Notes: a model not told the origin generated them from the letters alone. 64,000 bases of DNA from Camelus ferus (GCF_009834535.1 NC_045697.1:117120001-117184000), one strand, 5' to 3'. Positions 38,111-51,404 are shown, counted from the stretch's first letter. Program-made: numbers and translations.

Positions 38111-41100
38111 CCGCCGGCTTCCCGAGCACACGGACGGGGTGACTTTCTCCTGGGAGGTCGAAGTTGGCCACAGCTGCTCCGCTCGTTTGTTTGAGCCTAG
38201 AAAACTGGGAATTCTGTAATTTACCCTGTGCCTTTTCTACAGTGCTTATTAAATAAACTTAGCTCCATCACTGTGACTCACCTCTACTGAATTGAGTGAT
38301 TTTCAGGAATGACTTTTCCCTGCTAAACTCCGGGCTGCATATTGCTTTCCTGCTTTGACCTCCCGTGGTCTCTTTTTTCCCACCATTCCCTTGTCTTAAT
38401 AGATTTTATCTTGTGTTGTAGGTATCTTTATACACATCTTTATATATGTATGTATTGTATACATCATTACAAATCTCTTTATAACCTTTTTTTTTGAACA
38501 AAGCAAGACACAAAGAAATAGAAAACAAATAAATAAATGACATGACTTCAAATCACCTCCCTGAAAAGCTAGAATAATGCAGGTTGGTAATTCATGAATC
38601 CAGGGTGAACCGTGGGCTGTCCAGAAGCAGACATGGAAAAAGCCCCATCCTATCCAAACACCAGGCTCTACGAGATGGGAAGGAGAATCAGGGCTCATGG
38701 CATGGGGAACAAGGCGGTTCCGGGTGGTGCCCAGCGCTTCACTCTAGCGGGACACTTACTGACTCACAAAGGCATAAATTCGCTAGACATCGCTACTGGA
38801 TGACTTCCGGTTTTTTGACTACAGTGGCTCTTCTATCGGAAACCCAAAGAGAAAACACTGGTTAACTCAAGTAAACAAAAAAATCATTGAAACCATTCAC
38901 TGTGTTTTATAAGAAGAATTGTGTCAAACAAACACTGCATTGCCCAGATGTTTGCCTGGCTTTTGGGCGCTGTGTGAATTTCTGATCTTAATAATTTGGA
39001 ACCAATGGCAAATATCCTTATAAATATAGAATAGCAGATTAAATTATTCCATGGGTTTCACCACACCAGGATAATGAAAAGACGTTCGTATTCTGTTATA
39101 TAAAATCTTATGAGATGTATTTTAATGCCACCTGTAGATATTTGTTTTAAGAAGAAAGTAACTTTCCAATATTTTATTTACCAAATGATGCTAAAAATGG
39201 ATTTTTGTATACTGTATTATTCTATTTCTCTTTCTTCTTGCTAAGAGTCAGTCTAAAATAACAACTGAATAATAAACTCTTCATGGTGAAGTAAGTCTCT
39301 CTAGATTCCCATAATGAGATCTCCAAAGGTAATTTTATTCTTCATCTGAAAAATTGATATATTTTTAGACAATCTGGGTAAATTTGGAAATTCGGCAGTA
39401 TCCATTAGACTAAAATATTTTCTTGGTGTCTGTTCCTTAAATTCTGTAAACCAAAAATCAAATTTAAGCCTTACAATCTCAGGTTTGTGTGTAGAAATAG
39501 AAACCACTTTATTTCCAATTTTAGTAAAAATATTTATAAAGGATGCTTTAACTCTTATCTTTGAAAACAAATAGGTTTCAGCTGGAATAATAATATGTTA
39601 ATTAACTTGAAATTGACTAAGTCAGACAACATTATATATTTGCTAGTGCTTCAGTTTTCATCAGAAGAATGAACACGCTTTAGTATTCAGCTGCCACCAC
39701 CATGTTTGGCTCCGTGGCTGTGCTGTGGAAGGAGAAACAACAGAAGAGGCCGTCTGTCTGCTCTCTCCACATTTAGCAGAGAAATCAGTATCTCCCAGAG
39801 CAGCAGGATTAGATCTTCACTGTCAAACACAGTTGCCCAATTCTGTGCTCTAGATTTTTTTTTTTTTTTTTTTTTGGTAATGTTCTACTTTGGAGTACTA
39901 AAATGCTGAAATATGTAAAATAGGCAAACATGTCCATTTGGAAGGCACAATGCAAACAAAAGATAAACAGGTTCTATTTAGCACTGTAGTATTACCAGTT
40001 GAACTCAACTCACTTGCTACAGACATGATCTTTATTAATAACGGAATCAGAATGAATTATCCAAAACAAGTTTCCAAACACAGTACTTAGATCTACACAG
40101 CGAGAGCATTTTGTTAGCCTTTTCCCCTTGACCAATCGAGTACTCTCTTAGATTATGCCAACAGACCACAGTAGTCTTTTAGACAGCAAGTGAAAACCAA
40201 TTATGCAGTTAAAACTAACAATGCCAGCCCAGGAGCATGCTTAAAAATAGTACTTTTAAAATATCCTGATGGTCACAACTTCAGTGCTGGGAAACAAGCC
40301 GCCAGAAAACAAGCAACTAGAAAACAAGCTGCACCTAAATTTCCATGAGCTTAAAATATTATATTCACACTTACTTGCTTAAAATGCACATGCTTGCTTT
40401 GTTTTAATGTTCTACATAATAGATGACCTATAGCATTATGTACATACTATGCTAAAGAAAATTTGTAAGGAGAAATCCTGAGGTTGACCATAAGAGCACA
40501 AAGCAGGGCAGATATTTCCTTAGGGTGAAACAGTGGACGGACCTGGAAAGCCAGATCATCCATTAACAGAACTTGGTTCTGGCATGAAAGCATGTGGTTA
40601 AACCCAGGGGAAACATTTGCTATCTCGAGATGTCCCGGAGGCAGTAACAGGATAGACTTAGAAATTTTGCATCCCCCGAGGAGGGTGATTGTTCCTGCAA
40701 GGGATAGGCCTGAAATTCATCAGTTAACCAGCAAGCAGAATTTAGTGCTTATCGCACGGAATATCTAAAGCCCCATCTCTTTGATCGCATTTTTTTCTGA
40801 GCCGTGTACTCCTAATAAATGTGATGTTGACCAGGCTTTCAGAGCTCTAGATCCACAAGATCTTGAGCCCCCTGGTCCCATCTTTGTTCTTTACTTTGTC
40901 TCTTTGTTTCTTAAGTCTTCCGTCGCCCGTCCTCAGGCACAGTCCCGAGCTGCGCTCGAAGCAGCACTTCAGGGCAATTTAGGAAGTACCTTCATCTCCA
41001 ATCCAATCTAAAAATTAGCCTTCCTGTCCCAAAAGTTAAATTTGAGGAACTTTTCCCACTAGCAGAAAGTGGGTCAGAAAACAGAAACAGTGCAGAGGAC

Positions 41101-41649
41101 ACAGAAGACAGAACATATGAGCCATATACACAAAAAAGGGAGGTTGCCCTGGGCTGCTGAGAATAGACCAACACAGGTACCATATACAGGTGTCACAGCA
41201 TGGAGAGCAGACTTACTTTCCCCGACACTTTTCACTCTTTGATTGACTCATTTTGAAAGGGACACAAAACAGTTTTTTAAAGTACTGTAAAATACCTACT
41301 ATTGAATCTTTCCATTAAAGATATGTGAAATAGACTCTGAGAAGCCTTAACGAGTGGAGCTGGGTGGGTCTGAAAAATCTCTGTATTTTTAGAACTTTTT
41401 GCCCAGGATTAGCCGGAGTTATAGTTAGGGGAAGACGATGTAAATATGCGATTTTTATTCTGCCAGTTTCTGGGTAGTAACTATCCCTTTTCCTGTGTAT
41501 ACAACAGGCTGAATTTGTGTAGACACCAAACCTGTGTCTAGAGGGGCTTGGCTCTGTGCAGTGAACAGGGTGGAAATCAGAGTCACTCAGTGGTCTCTGC
41601 AGTGGCTGATCATTCACATACACAGAGGGACCAAGCCTGTCCTCCTCCT

Positions 41650-41797
41650 GCATCCTCAGGGAGGGAGCATCCTCAGGAGGAGCATCCTTGGGGGGAGCAT
41701 CCTCAGGGAGAAGCATCCTCAGGTGGCAGCATCCCCAGTGGGGGAGAATCCTCAAGTAGGAGCATCCTCAGTGGGGGGAGTATCCTCAGTAGGGAGC
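41650..41797. repeat. Degenerate minisatellite, about 9 units of 15-18 bp (GCATCCTCAG-G-rich)
   Basis: Repeated gcatcctcag/gggga units. It generates the repetitive ORFs 'PEDAPP' and 'EHPQ'. Confidence 0.9.
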
Positions 41798-42444
41798 TAG
41801 GGGAAAACAGGCTATAAACACTCTCCTAGACACAAAGACAAAGAACAAGTAAATTCTAAAGGAACTGATGCTCCTTTTGCTTAATTAGTTTTAAAATCTG
41901 AAGACCTTATAAGTAGCTATGTGATAAAAGTAAAGACAGTGAAGGAACACGGTGGGAACTTGGATGCGGTACAGCATCAGCCACTATGAATCTGATGAAC
42001 TTTTCACTTGTGACCTTTGAAAGTACGATGACTATAAAAAATGGGGGAAAGTTCCTGTAGAAAACATTTTTAGGATTTTAAAATGTATAAAGATGGCCAT
42101 TATTAAGTAACGATTTGAAGCCATATTAAATTTTTCATGATTGAGAATTTCTAATGAATGATATTACAGTGAAATTGACATACATCCAGTTATTTTTTAA
42201 AATAGATAAAATGCATACTCCTGAACATTTTTTTGAAATTATATTTTAAAGATACTCTGCTATAAGGAGGAGTTCTAGAGAAACCATTTTTAAGGTACTC
42301 GTATACCAGCAGTGAATGAAAAATCTCTTACACAATTTAGAGCAAAAGGTCGATTATTTAGAGAGGGACAAAGATAACACAAGCTGAAAACAATGAAATA
42401 TCATTGTCAGAGTGCTAAAAGGAAAATCTTTCAACCAAAAAAAG

Positions 42445-42525
42445 TTTTTTTAATGGAGATACTGGGGATTGAAACCAGGACTTCATGCATTCTAAGCAGG
42501 CACTCTACCACTGAGCTGTACTCTC
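42445..42525 (-). mobile_element. tRNA-Ala-derived SINE (Vic-1-like, short form)
   Basis: 'tggagatactggggattgaaaccagga...cactctaccactgagct' is the reverse complement of the SINE head. Confidence 0.9.
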
Positions 42526-42660
42526 AGCCTCCAGTCTAAATTCCACACTCAGCAAAAATGCGTGTGAAAAAAGGGGCAAAATATAGATTTTTCAAACAAA
42601 CAAAAGTAGAGAGAATTTGTCCCCAGCCGACTTGTACTACAGAAAGTATTTAAGGGAGCC

Positions 42661-43157
42661 CTGTATAGTGTCTGCACCAAACTACATTCCTACAAGCAGT
42701 GTAGGAGGGTTCCCTTTTCTCCACACCCTTTCCAGCATTTATTATTTGTAGACTTTTTGGTGATGGGCAAAGTAAGTCAGACAGAGAAAGACAAATATCA
42801 TATGATATCACTTATATGTGGAACCTAAACAATAGTTACAAAACAGAAAGAGACTCACAGACATAGAGAACAAACTCATGGTTATCAAAGGGCAAGAGGC
42901 AGAGGGTAAATTGGGAGTCTGGGATTAACAGATACACATACTGTATATAAAAGAGATAAACAACAAGGACTGACTGTGTAGCACAGGGAAATGCATTCAA
43001 CATCTTGTAATAAACTATAATGAAAAAGAAAATAATACAGATGTATGCGTACATATATGTGTAACCCAATCACAGTGCTGTACACCTGAAATTAACAAAA
43101 TATTGTAAATCAACTATACTTCAATTAAAAACTAAATTAAATAAATAAAGAAAATAG
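42661..43157 (+). mobile_element. Young LINE-1 3' end with 5' inversion (42661-42766 inverted)
   Basis: Antisense ORF2 piece 'ttcccttttctccacaccc' joined to the sense 3' UTR 'agtaagtcagacagagaaagacaaata...caactatacttcaattaaaa' and an A-rich tail. Confidence 0.85.
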
Positions 43158-45159
43158 AGTCCGTCAGGTGGAAGGACAGTGGTACCAGATGGAAACTTGG
43201 ATTTCCTGAAATTAATAGCATTGGGAATGGTAAATACATGATTGAATATAATGTGTCAACTTTTTTTTTTAATTTCTAAGAAAGATAAATGACTCTTTGA
43301 AACAAAAATAATAGAAAGCATACTGTGGAGTTTGCACCATATGTATAACATACAAAATAAATCCTGTTTATGAAAACAAAAGCAAAAAGGATGGGATGTA
43401 ATTATATGGTTGTTGAGATTGTTTTTTTTACATTTTACCTGAAGTGGGGTAACATTAATTGAAGGCAGAGTATGGTAAGTTAAGAATGGCCATTAAAAAT
43501 TAAATAAAATTTATTTCTGTAAGATAATAAAAAAAATAAAATAGAATAATAAACAGTAAGTCTAGAAGAGGGAAGGTAGCAGAGGTTTAAGTACAAAGCA
43601 AATGATGAAGCAGTAGATTTTAACTCAACCATATTCTTAATTAAATTAAAAGAAGTGCTATAAAGACTCTAATTAAAAGGGAGTGATTATCCCACTGAAT
43701 AAAATAGATAGACCCAATTGTACGACCTACAAAACTGCATTTCAAATGTCAAGACAAAGATGCGGTTTTATAATAAAACTAAAATAGAAATATGCATTCA
43801 TGTATAATATACCACTGATAATGAAGACACAGGCATAACTATATTAACATCAGAGAAAGTAACCTTTAGGACAAGGAATTATACTTGAAAAAAAATTACA
43901 AAATGATAAAGTGGGAAAGTAATTAAGAAGATATTACAACCCGGAACGTGTGGGCCCGTACTAACAAAACTTCAAAATGCAGGACACAACAGCCAACCGA
44001 ACTGAAAAGCAAAATAGAAAAATCCACAATTATATGTGGACATTATAACACTTCCCTCTCAGTGATTTGATAAAGAAGACTTGAAAGAGTATTAAGCAAT
44101 GCAAGTTAGTTGACATTTGTGAAATTTTTATTCAGCAACAGCAGAATAAACATTCTTCCCAAAAGTGTATGAACAACTCATCAAAATAGATTCTGGAGTA
44201 TAAGGCATGTCTTAATAAATTAAAAGGACTGAAACTACAAAGATTATATTTTGCATATAACAGAATTACATTTTAAATTGACAGCAGAAAATTACCAAAT
44301 ATTTGTCCATTAATCAAAACACTTCTGTATAAACATGAGTCAAGGGCAATTTACCAAGGTATTAAAATATTCTGATTGGAATAAAAATAAAAACAAGTAT
44401 TTCAAAATTTGTGAGATACAGATAATACAATGTTTAGAAGGAAATTTAAGGCTTTAAATAATTATATTAGAAAAAAAGAAACATCTAAAATGCTTTATAT
44501 TAACACTTAATGAAATGAGGGGAAAAAAGAAACCTTAAATGCAAGGTTACTAGAACACAAGTAAATAATAAGGAAAATCAAAAAAATCAAAGGATTTTTC
44601 CAAAGGTCAGAAATGAATAAACTTCTAGCTAGACTGATAGAAAACAAAAGAATGAAGACACAAATGACCAAAGTCAGAAGTGAAAGAGAGAGCTCCCAAG
44701 TTTACAGATATTAAGACAATAAGGTGATATTTTGAAGAATTTTGTGACAATAAATTTGACAATTACATAAAATTTAAAAATCATTAGGAAGACACAAATT
44801 ACCAGAAATGCTTAATCTCTAAATACCAGGCAATTAATATATTCTGTATTATATTGCATAATGAGGAAACAGTGAAAAGTTAAGATCTTTTTTGGCATTG
44901 ATACCTATGGTTAATTACCATACCTCTGAGTTAATATTTTAGGACCGTATTTACTAACTCTCTAGGAAGAACTATGATAGGGATGCTATTGTGTACACAG
45001 CTGGCGCTTAACAGCGTTATTTATTAGATAACATAAAGCACAGCCCTATGAGATACATGTGGGTGTTGAGAAGACTGCACACCACGTGCTGGGGAGGCCA
45101 GGGCGCAGGCACAGCTCCCACGTGCTGGTGATGACAGGTGCAGGTTACATACAACCCCT

Positions 45160-45700
45160 GTGGGAAAGTCCAGCCATTCCACTCCCAGGTATTTACACAC
45201 GTTAAATGACAGCACACATTTGCACGTTATGTTCCAGCCCAGAGTTGGACACCAACAGGTGAATAGAGTAACTTTTATTCCTATTAGCCCCCAAATGGAA
45301 ACAAGCCAAATATCCATCCATCACGAATGGATAAACAAGCGGTACTCCGTGTAATGGAACACAGCTCTTTAGTGAAACGAGGTAAACTGCTGATGCACAC
45401 AACAATGTGCACGAATCTCAAAAACGTGCTGCGACGCAGGAGGCTGACACACAGCAGGATATAGTGAGCGATTTCGTTTACACGAAATTCTTCAACACGT
45501 AAAACTAACCAACAGTAACGGGAAGGTCACGCTTACCTGGGGCCAGACTGGCGGGGTGGGGGCTTGACCGCTGAAGGGCACATGGAAAGTGAGCAGTATC
45601 CGGATTGTAGTGTTTCCAGGGTCAAAACCCGTCCATCTCTACGCTTAAAATGCATACATCTAATTGTGCATAAAGATTTCCTTAATGGAATGGAGTAAAC
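45160..45700 (+). mobile_element. Old L1M (MC/ME-like) 3' end
   Basis: 'cagccattccactcccaggtatttac', 'aaatggaaacaagccaaatatccatc...gaatggataaacaa' and 'gaatctcaaaaac'. Confidence 0.7.
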
Positions 45701-45936
45701 AAATTTTAAAAAGAAAAAACAAAACAAAACACATTCTTGGAAGATTTTACTCAGTATTCAAATGTTTCACTATAACAAAAAATAAGTTATAAGCTTTAAT
45801 AATTAAGAATATGAAATCTACATTTTAGAAACAAAATCACCAAACCTAAATCTCTGAGTTTACGCTCTGTTTAGATGCAAGGATCAGTATCCTTGACTTT
45901 GCCATAATCAAGCGCCATACAGAAAATTGAAATTTT

Positions 45937-45976
45937 TTCATTCTTTCTTTTTTTTAAAGTGTCTATCTCATTTTTA

Positions 45977-46011
<35 letters not shown>

Positions 46012-46141
46012 TTTTGCGGGGGAGGTTTGTTGGTTTATTTGTTTGTTTATCTAATTTATTTTTAATGGAGGTACTGGGGATTGAACCTAGGACCTCCTGC
46101 ATGCTAAGCACGCACTCTACCACTGAGCTATGCCCACCCCC
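45937..46141 (-). mobile_element. tRNA-Ala(AGC)-derived SINE (Vic-1-like), full length with (AAT)n tail
   Basis: Minus strand reads GGGCATAGCTCAGTGGTAGAGTGCGTGCTTAGCATGCAGGAGGTCCTAGGTTCAATCCCCAGTACCTCCA. TSD cagaaaattgaaatttt (45920-45936) / cagaaaactgaaatttt (46142-46158), 16/17 identical. Confidence 0.95.
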
Positions 46142-46536
46142 CAGAAAACTGAAATTTTAATAAACATGACTTTCTCTTCTGCCCAACAAAGAAGCAAGGG
46201 GGAAAAAAAAAGGAAAAGAAGAGAGATAAAATGAGTGCAAAAAAGAAATAAAAGAAATAAAGTCATGTTGTATGTTTAAAATATCTACCAAAGATAATGT
46301 ATGACTCAAATATCGCTGAATTGGGGAAGATAAGACAAGAGCTCATTGCCTGAGTCTGTGGCCTGAAGTAAAATATTGATTTTCAAATTGCATGGTGTTA
46401 CCTGGGGCCCATATTGAAAATGGCTGGAGTTGTCTCCAAAGATAGAACGGCTTGCTCTGAGGAAGAAATCACACGCAGCTTATTTATTTAGCCTTATGGG
46501 GAAATGTGGATCCGAGTTCTCGGAGTGGCTTGCGCG

Positions 46537-46569
46537 CACACACAAACACACACACACACACACACACAC
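46537..46569. repeat. (CA)n microsatellite
   Basis: Direct reading. Confidence 0.9.
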
Positions 46570-46769
46570 GTGATGCGGAGCTGGAGGTGATCCGTGGAGA
46601 TTTGAGTATAAGTATGGAAACGTCTACTTACATCTTTTAATCTAACATTTTCAATTAAGCTTTTTAATAATATGTCGACCATGAATTTTTGTTTTTCCCC
46701 AAATGCGATTGGTTTTATGTGGGTCACAATGGTAACCACCACTTCCAGAAGGATTATACCTTCCTGTTT

Positions 46770-46972
46770 TCTTTTTTTTTTAATTGAAAAAATAAAATAT
46801 AGTTGATTTACAATGTTCAGTGTCAGTTTCTGGTGTACAGCACAGTGATTCAGTTATATGTATATATTCCTTTTCAGATTCTTTTTCATTATAGGACATT
46901 ACAAGATACTGAATATAGTTCCCTGTGCTGTACAGTAGGACCTTGATATTTATCTATTTTATATCTAGTAGT
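46770..46972 (-). mobile_element. Young LINE-1 3' end (about 200 bp)
   Basis: Same 3' UTR as the other copies. Possible TSD cctgttttcttttt / cctgcattcttttt. Confidence 0.9.
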
Positions 46973-48239
46973 CAATACCTGCATTCTTTTTACCAGCCTA
47001 GGCTCCCGCAAGCACTTACCCTTCACTGTGAGGACACAGTCAGTGATTCTGCCATTGCATTACAAGGGAGTCTGGTTTTATAGCCAAGGGGGGAAGGGAA
47101 ATTTTTCAAATGCAAAGATTGTCCTTAATGCAGCACTTCCTCAAAAGCCAAACACAGCTCTTTGAACCAGGATGCAATGCACACACACACACACAAAAGG
47201 AGGTGATTTTTTTGGTGGATTTCTAAATTCTTCCCTGACGCTTAGCTGGGGAAGTCTATCTTTTCATCTTTGGCGAACAAGGAATGGCCTGTCCAAGAAC
47301 TTACTGCACAAGAAAACAAGAAGAATGAACTCATTTTAAGGAATTACAAACTTTTTTTCAAAACATAAGGCAAGTGCAAAAAATATATTCTTAAAGTGGC
47401 AGTGAATTATTAGGTTATAACCTGTAGAAATCTGCGCAAAATTCCAGTTGCTACCTTTGCTCACCTTGAATTGCAATTAGTGTTCTTAAGTGTATCAGCA
47501 TCCTGAGTTCAGAGTTTCTAGAAAGAAATCATTTAGGAGAATCTGAAAACCACATTTTTGCCTTCCATAGCTGTTTACTTAAATGCACACTGCAGTCTTC
47601 AGAAGCAGTTTTCTCTCACTGCCTGTATTTGCATAAAGTTTGTTGCCGGGAAGGTTATTTAACAGCCATGAAAGTTTGAAGTTTGGAGTGTGTGCTCCTT
47701 AATCAAGGCTGTGGTTATTGCATGGAATCATCTGGTTATTCAGAAAAGTCTAATTTGGTGTATGATTTTCTAGAACTTTTTCCCAATAAGCTATTTTCCC
47801 CAAAATGAAGAACATAGCTCCTGAAATAACACTACTTTTAATCTTGGGTGTGTAAGTGCGCTTAGACCATTGCTTATTTGAACTGACGATAGTTACATAA
47901 TCAGACTACGATTTTCTGTAGAAGGCTGCTGTCATCTTTTCAAGCAGAGGAAGTAAGATATTTGGAACTGTGAATCAACGACATTTTATTCTTGGCTCTT
48001 CATTTACTGTTTGGAAATTCTTAGACATGTACAAAGTTTCCTTTTCCATCTGTAATCCAAAATGCTAATAGAGCAATAATAGTGTTCAGCAAACGTGAAA
48101 GAGATTTCAGTTACATTATTTTGATTCTCTGAAAATGAAAACACTATTCAGAGCTTTAAATACACCCCTGTGATTTCTAATCTATCTCTTCTTACATATC
48201 TAGAGAATTGAACTGTTGTTTCCTTTTTAAATATTTTCA

Positions 48240-48346
48240 TTTCTTTTTTTTTCTATTGAAGTACAGTCAGTTACAATGTGTTGATTTCTGGTGTGCAGCA
48301 CAATGTCCCAGTCATGCATGTACATAAACATATATTCGTTTTTCAT
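48240..48346 (-). mobile_element. Very short LINE-1 3' end
   Basis: Poly-T followed by 'attgaagtacagtcagttacaatgtgttgatttctggtgtgcagca'. Confidence 0.8.
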
Positions 48347-51300
48347 TTATTTCTATTTGAAAAGATACAAATCTTATAGTGCATCGATAATAAATTTAGA
48401 GCATTAGAATTACATATATTTACTTAAATATACATCATCAGGTTTGTTTCCTGAGCCTGGGAATGGAGTAATTCACCCTACAATTCTCACAATTGTTCAT
48501 CAAACTCTCTCATCTCCAGAAAGGAATGGAAATTCCATTTGTTGTGCAGTATTTGAACTGGTGCCAAAGACTGCACAGTCTGTCAGAAAGAAAGCTGACT
48601 GGCCACATTTTAAGAAGAAATTTCCCTTTTTATAAATGATAAAAAGATGAATGATTCTAAGTAACAATTTTAACCCTTATTCTTTACTTTTAGAAGACTT
48701 ACATCAATATCTGGTCAATTTTCTTTAATTTTCCTGTTGACTGTAGCCTTTGTGAAATGTTTTGATAGAGATCAGAGTCATATCCCATGAGGTTTTGTTC
48801 TGTATCTGTTTACTTCGTTCAAAATGGACCCGGAAAAAAAAAAAAATACCGTCTATACAATTTCTTACTTCCAAAGCTAAGAACTATTTTTGAATCCAAA
48901 ATCCGTGAAAATGCATGTGTGCGCATGCACACACACACACACACACAGGTTCCCAATTTCCAATTTGTCTCATATGGAATTATAACCTGGAGCTGCAAGC
49001 TACCCCAAATGTTAACTGCCACATAATGTCATTCTTACTTTCCATCTAACTCAGTCAATTAGCAAATACATATTCTATGCACATACATGTCCCAAGTTTT
49101 AAGCTAGGCTTTGGGGATATACTTAGTTTGACTTTAAGTGAACAAATACAATTTTCTACCGAAATATACTTTTCTATAAAAAAATATTCTCAAATAACAA
49201 GTAGACTGTCTAGGGTGGGAGATAGATGCCTCAAAGATATCTCTGTAAATTACAGTAAATCTCTTTTCCTTTTGGAAAGCAGACCAAATCAGAAACAACT
49301 TTGCAATGAATAGATATAGTATTAAATATAGTTTTTGCTGAAATTTTACTATAAGTGGGTAAGGAGATATTTTTAACCTCTCTTTACAAATACAGGATAA
49401 TGGCTACATTCATGCTTTGCGGTCACTATTGACAATTTTTTTTTCCACTCAAATATTCTCATTAACTACCTTTGGAAATTGAGATCCATGTTTTCAAATT
49501 AAAGTATTACTTAAAGTTTTATTCATCTATTTGTTTTTTTTTTTTAATTTCCAATATTATCTTCCGTGGATAGAAAGGATTTTGATAAGCAGATAACGGA
49601 GGGAAATGACCCCACTTGAATAAACATACCGCTCTGAAATGTACCACCTTCTGCAAAGTTGGCCTGTTCGTTGTGTGCTGCCCACCCTCATGGCTGTGTG
49701 GGAGCTCGGTCCTGACACTAGAAGAGCCATTTTATATGAAATAAGGAAGAAAATTGCTTCTCAGAACTTGAAATGGGGTGTGACTGGAAGTAGGCATCTT
49801 CCACGTGGGAGCAGCTATTGGCGAGCACGGTCATTATTCGGATATCAGCCCCTCTTATATGCATGCCTTTCCTCCCTTCTGCCAAAGCCCTGTTGTGAAA
49901 CCCAGTTCTTTGGACCAAACTCCTTCTGTTTCCTTCTCCAGGGTGAGTCCTCTCTCGGGACCCACATCCTATGCCATCATTGTGATTCTGCCACGTGGAG
50001 CTCCCCAGGCTCTCAGGGAGATCTGCGGATGAGTGAGGCCCTGATGAGAGTAGAATTCACTGATGTTGTCCTGTGTGGTCTTTTGCCTCATTGTTTTAAA
50101 AATTACTAGAGCTTTATCTTCCTATTTTTACTAGGTATAATGTGTTTTCATTAGTCCAGTTACAGTCTTTGGTTTTTTTTTTTGGCATATTATAAGCTTA
50201 TAAGATCAAACCAAATCTTGATTCTGAAATATATCTGAACTTTGCCTTGTACCATAATTTACTAAATAAACCTCAAAGAAGAGGCTACAGTAAACACTGA
50301 AAATCCATTTACATGGATGCCTGAAGTGTCCATTCAGTCTGTGTACAGGCGTGTGGTACATGGATGCTCTCAGCAAAGAAGCAGTACCCTTGTCTACAAA
50401 GCTGCTCACAGCCTGGCGCCATGTCAGGGGCTGACCGTGGAAGATACCAGGGCACGTCTGATGAAGACCGAGCAATGACTGTTCAATTAGAGCATCAGTA
50501 AGTCACTTCCCATGCACATAGATGGCTGCAAATGAGAAATTCATAGTTGTTTACCTTGGTTTTGTTTTTAATTTTAACTAAAACAAAATCAACAAACACA
50601 AGCTGAGCCAAAAGAGACAGAACTTAAAATCCGGTGATAGTGACATCTATCAGGCACTCCTTCCAAATACAGCTCACGCCCCCCACTTAGGTCTGTGGGT
50701 TGTTGATTACCCATAACAGAGGGTTTGGACTCACCTCTCCTTTTTTATTCATCCACATTGTTAAGGAGCTGCTGACTGTGGTTACAAAAATATACTGAAT
50801 GCAAAAGCAACTGATCATTTTCATCCCTAATTCCTGTGATCCTACTGGCCCACTGAAAAAAGTCCAGGAGACTAAAAACTGGATGAATCACGCTTTAGTC
50901 TTTACTCTTCGGCCAAAGCATCCCGGCGGGCGGCAGTGGGTGTAAGTACCGTTTTAAAGGAAGGAGGGTGAGAGGCGGGGCAACATCATCGCACTGAGGG
51001 TGAAGCAGTCTTCAGAGCGGAGCTGCGCCTGTCAACAGAATCTGTCCTAAAATGTGCTCGCGGACAACGTTTAGTTGGTCCAGCCAGCAAGGGAGGCGCG
51101 ATTAACGGTGGATGATGGAAAATAAATCTCTAAAAAGTATCTCTATTTGTATGTGAGATGCTCTGTGTACTGTCTCCTAGCAGGGTGGGCATCTTATAAT
51201 TCTCCTGCCCTCATTGTTTAATTATGCTGTACAGTTACAGAGCTTACCAAAGGGCTTTATGAGGTATTCAGAATACTGTGCAAGGATGGAAATTTTGATT

Positions 51301-51404
51301 TGTTCTAGCTTATTGGCAGCAAAGAAAAAATTTACATTACAAATAAATGTCTCTACTTAGCAGGAGGAAGAAGCAAACAGAGGCACAGGTGGAGTCGTGT
51401 GGGT

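Larger units (their letters stand above)
42330..44820 (+). mobile_element. Old L1M (ORF1 end, spacer, ORF2 endonuclease region) hosting two younger insertions
   Basis: A-rich sense strand. 'acaattatatgtggacattataacacttccctctca' corresponds to the decayed IIVGDFNTPLS motif of the L1 endonuclease. Also 'ctagctagactgat' and 'aataaatttgacaatt'. Confidence 0.8.

Noticed and set aside
41650..41797. CRISPR-like array
   Set aside because: The units are directly tandem with no unique spacers, the context is eukaryotic and there are no cas genes.
46066..46141. Functional tRNA-Ala gene (also 20901, 42445, 11208)
   Set aside because: These have TSDs, A-rich or simple-repeat tails and stem mismatches, so they are SINE copies.
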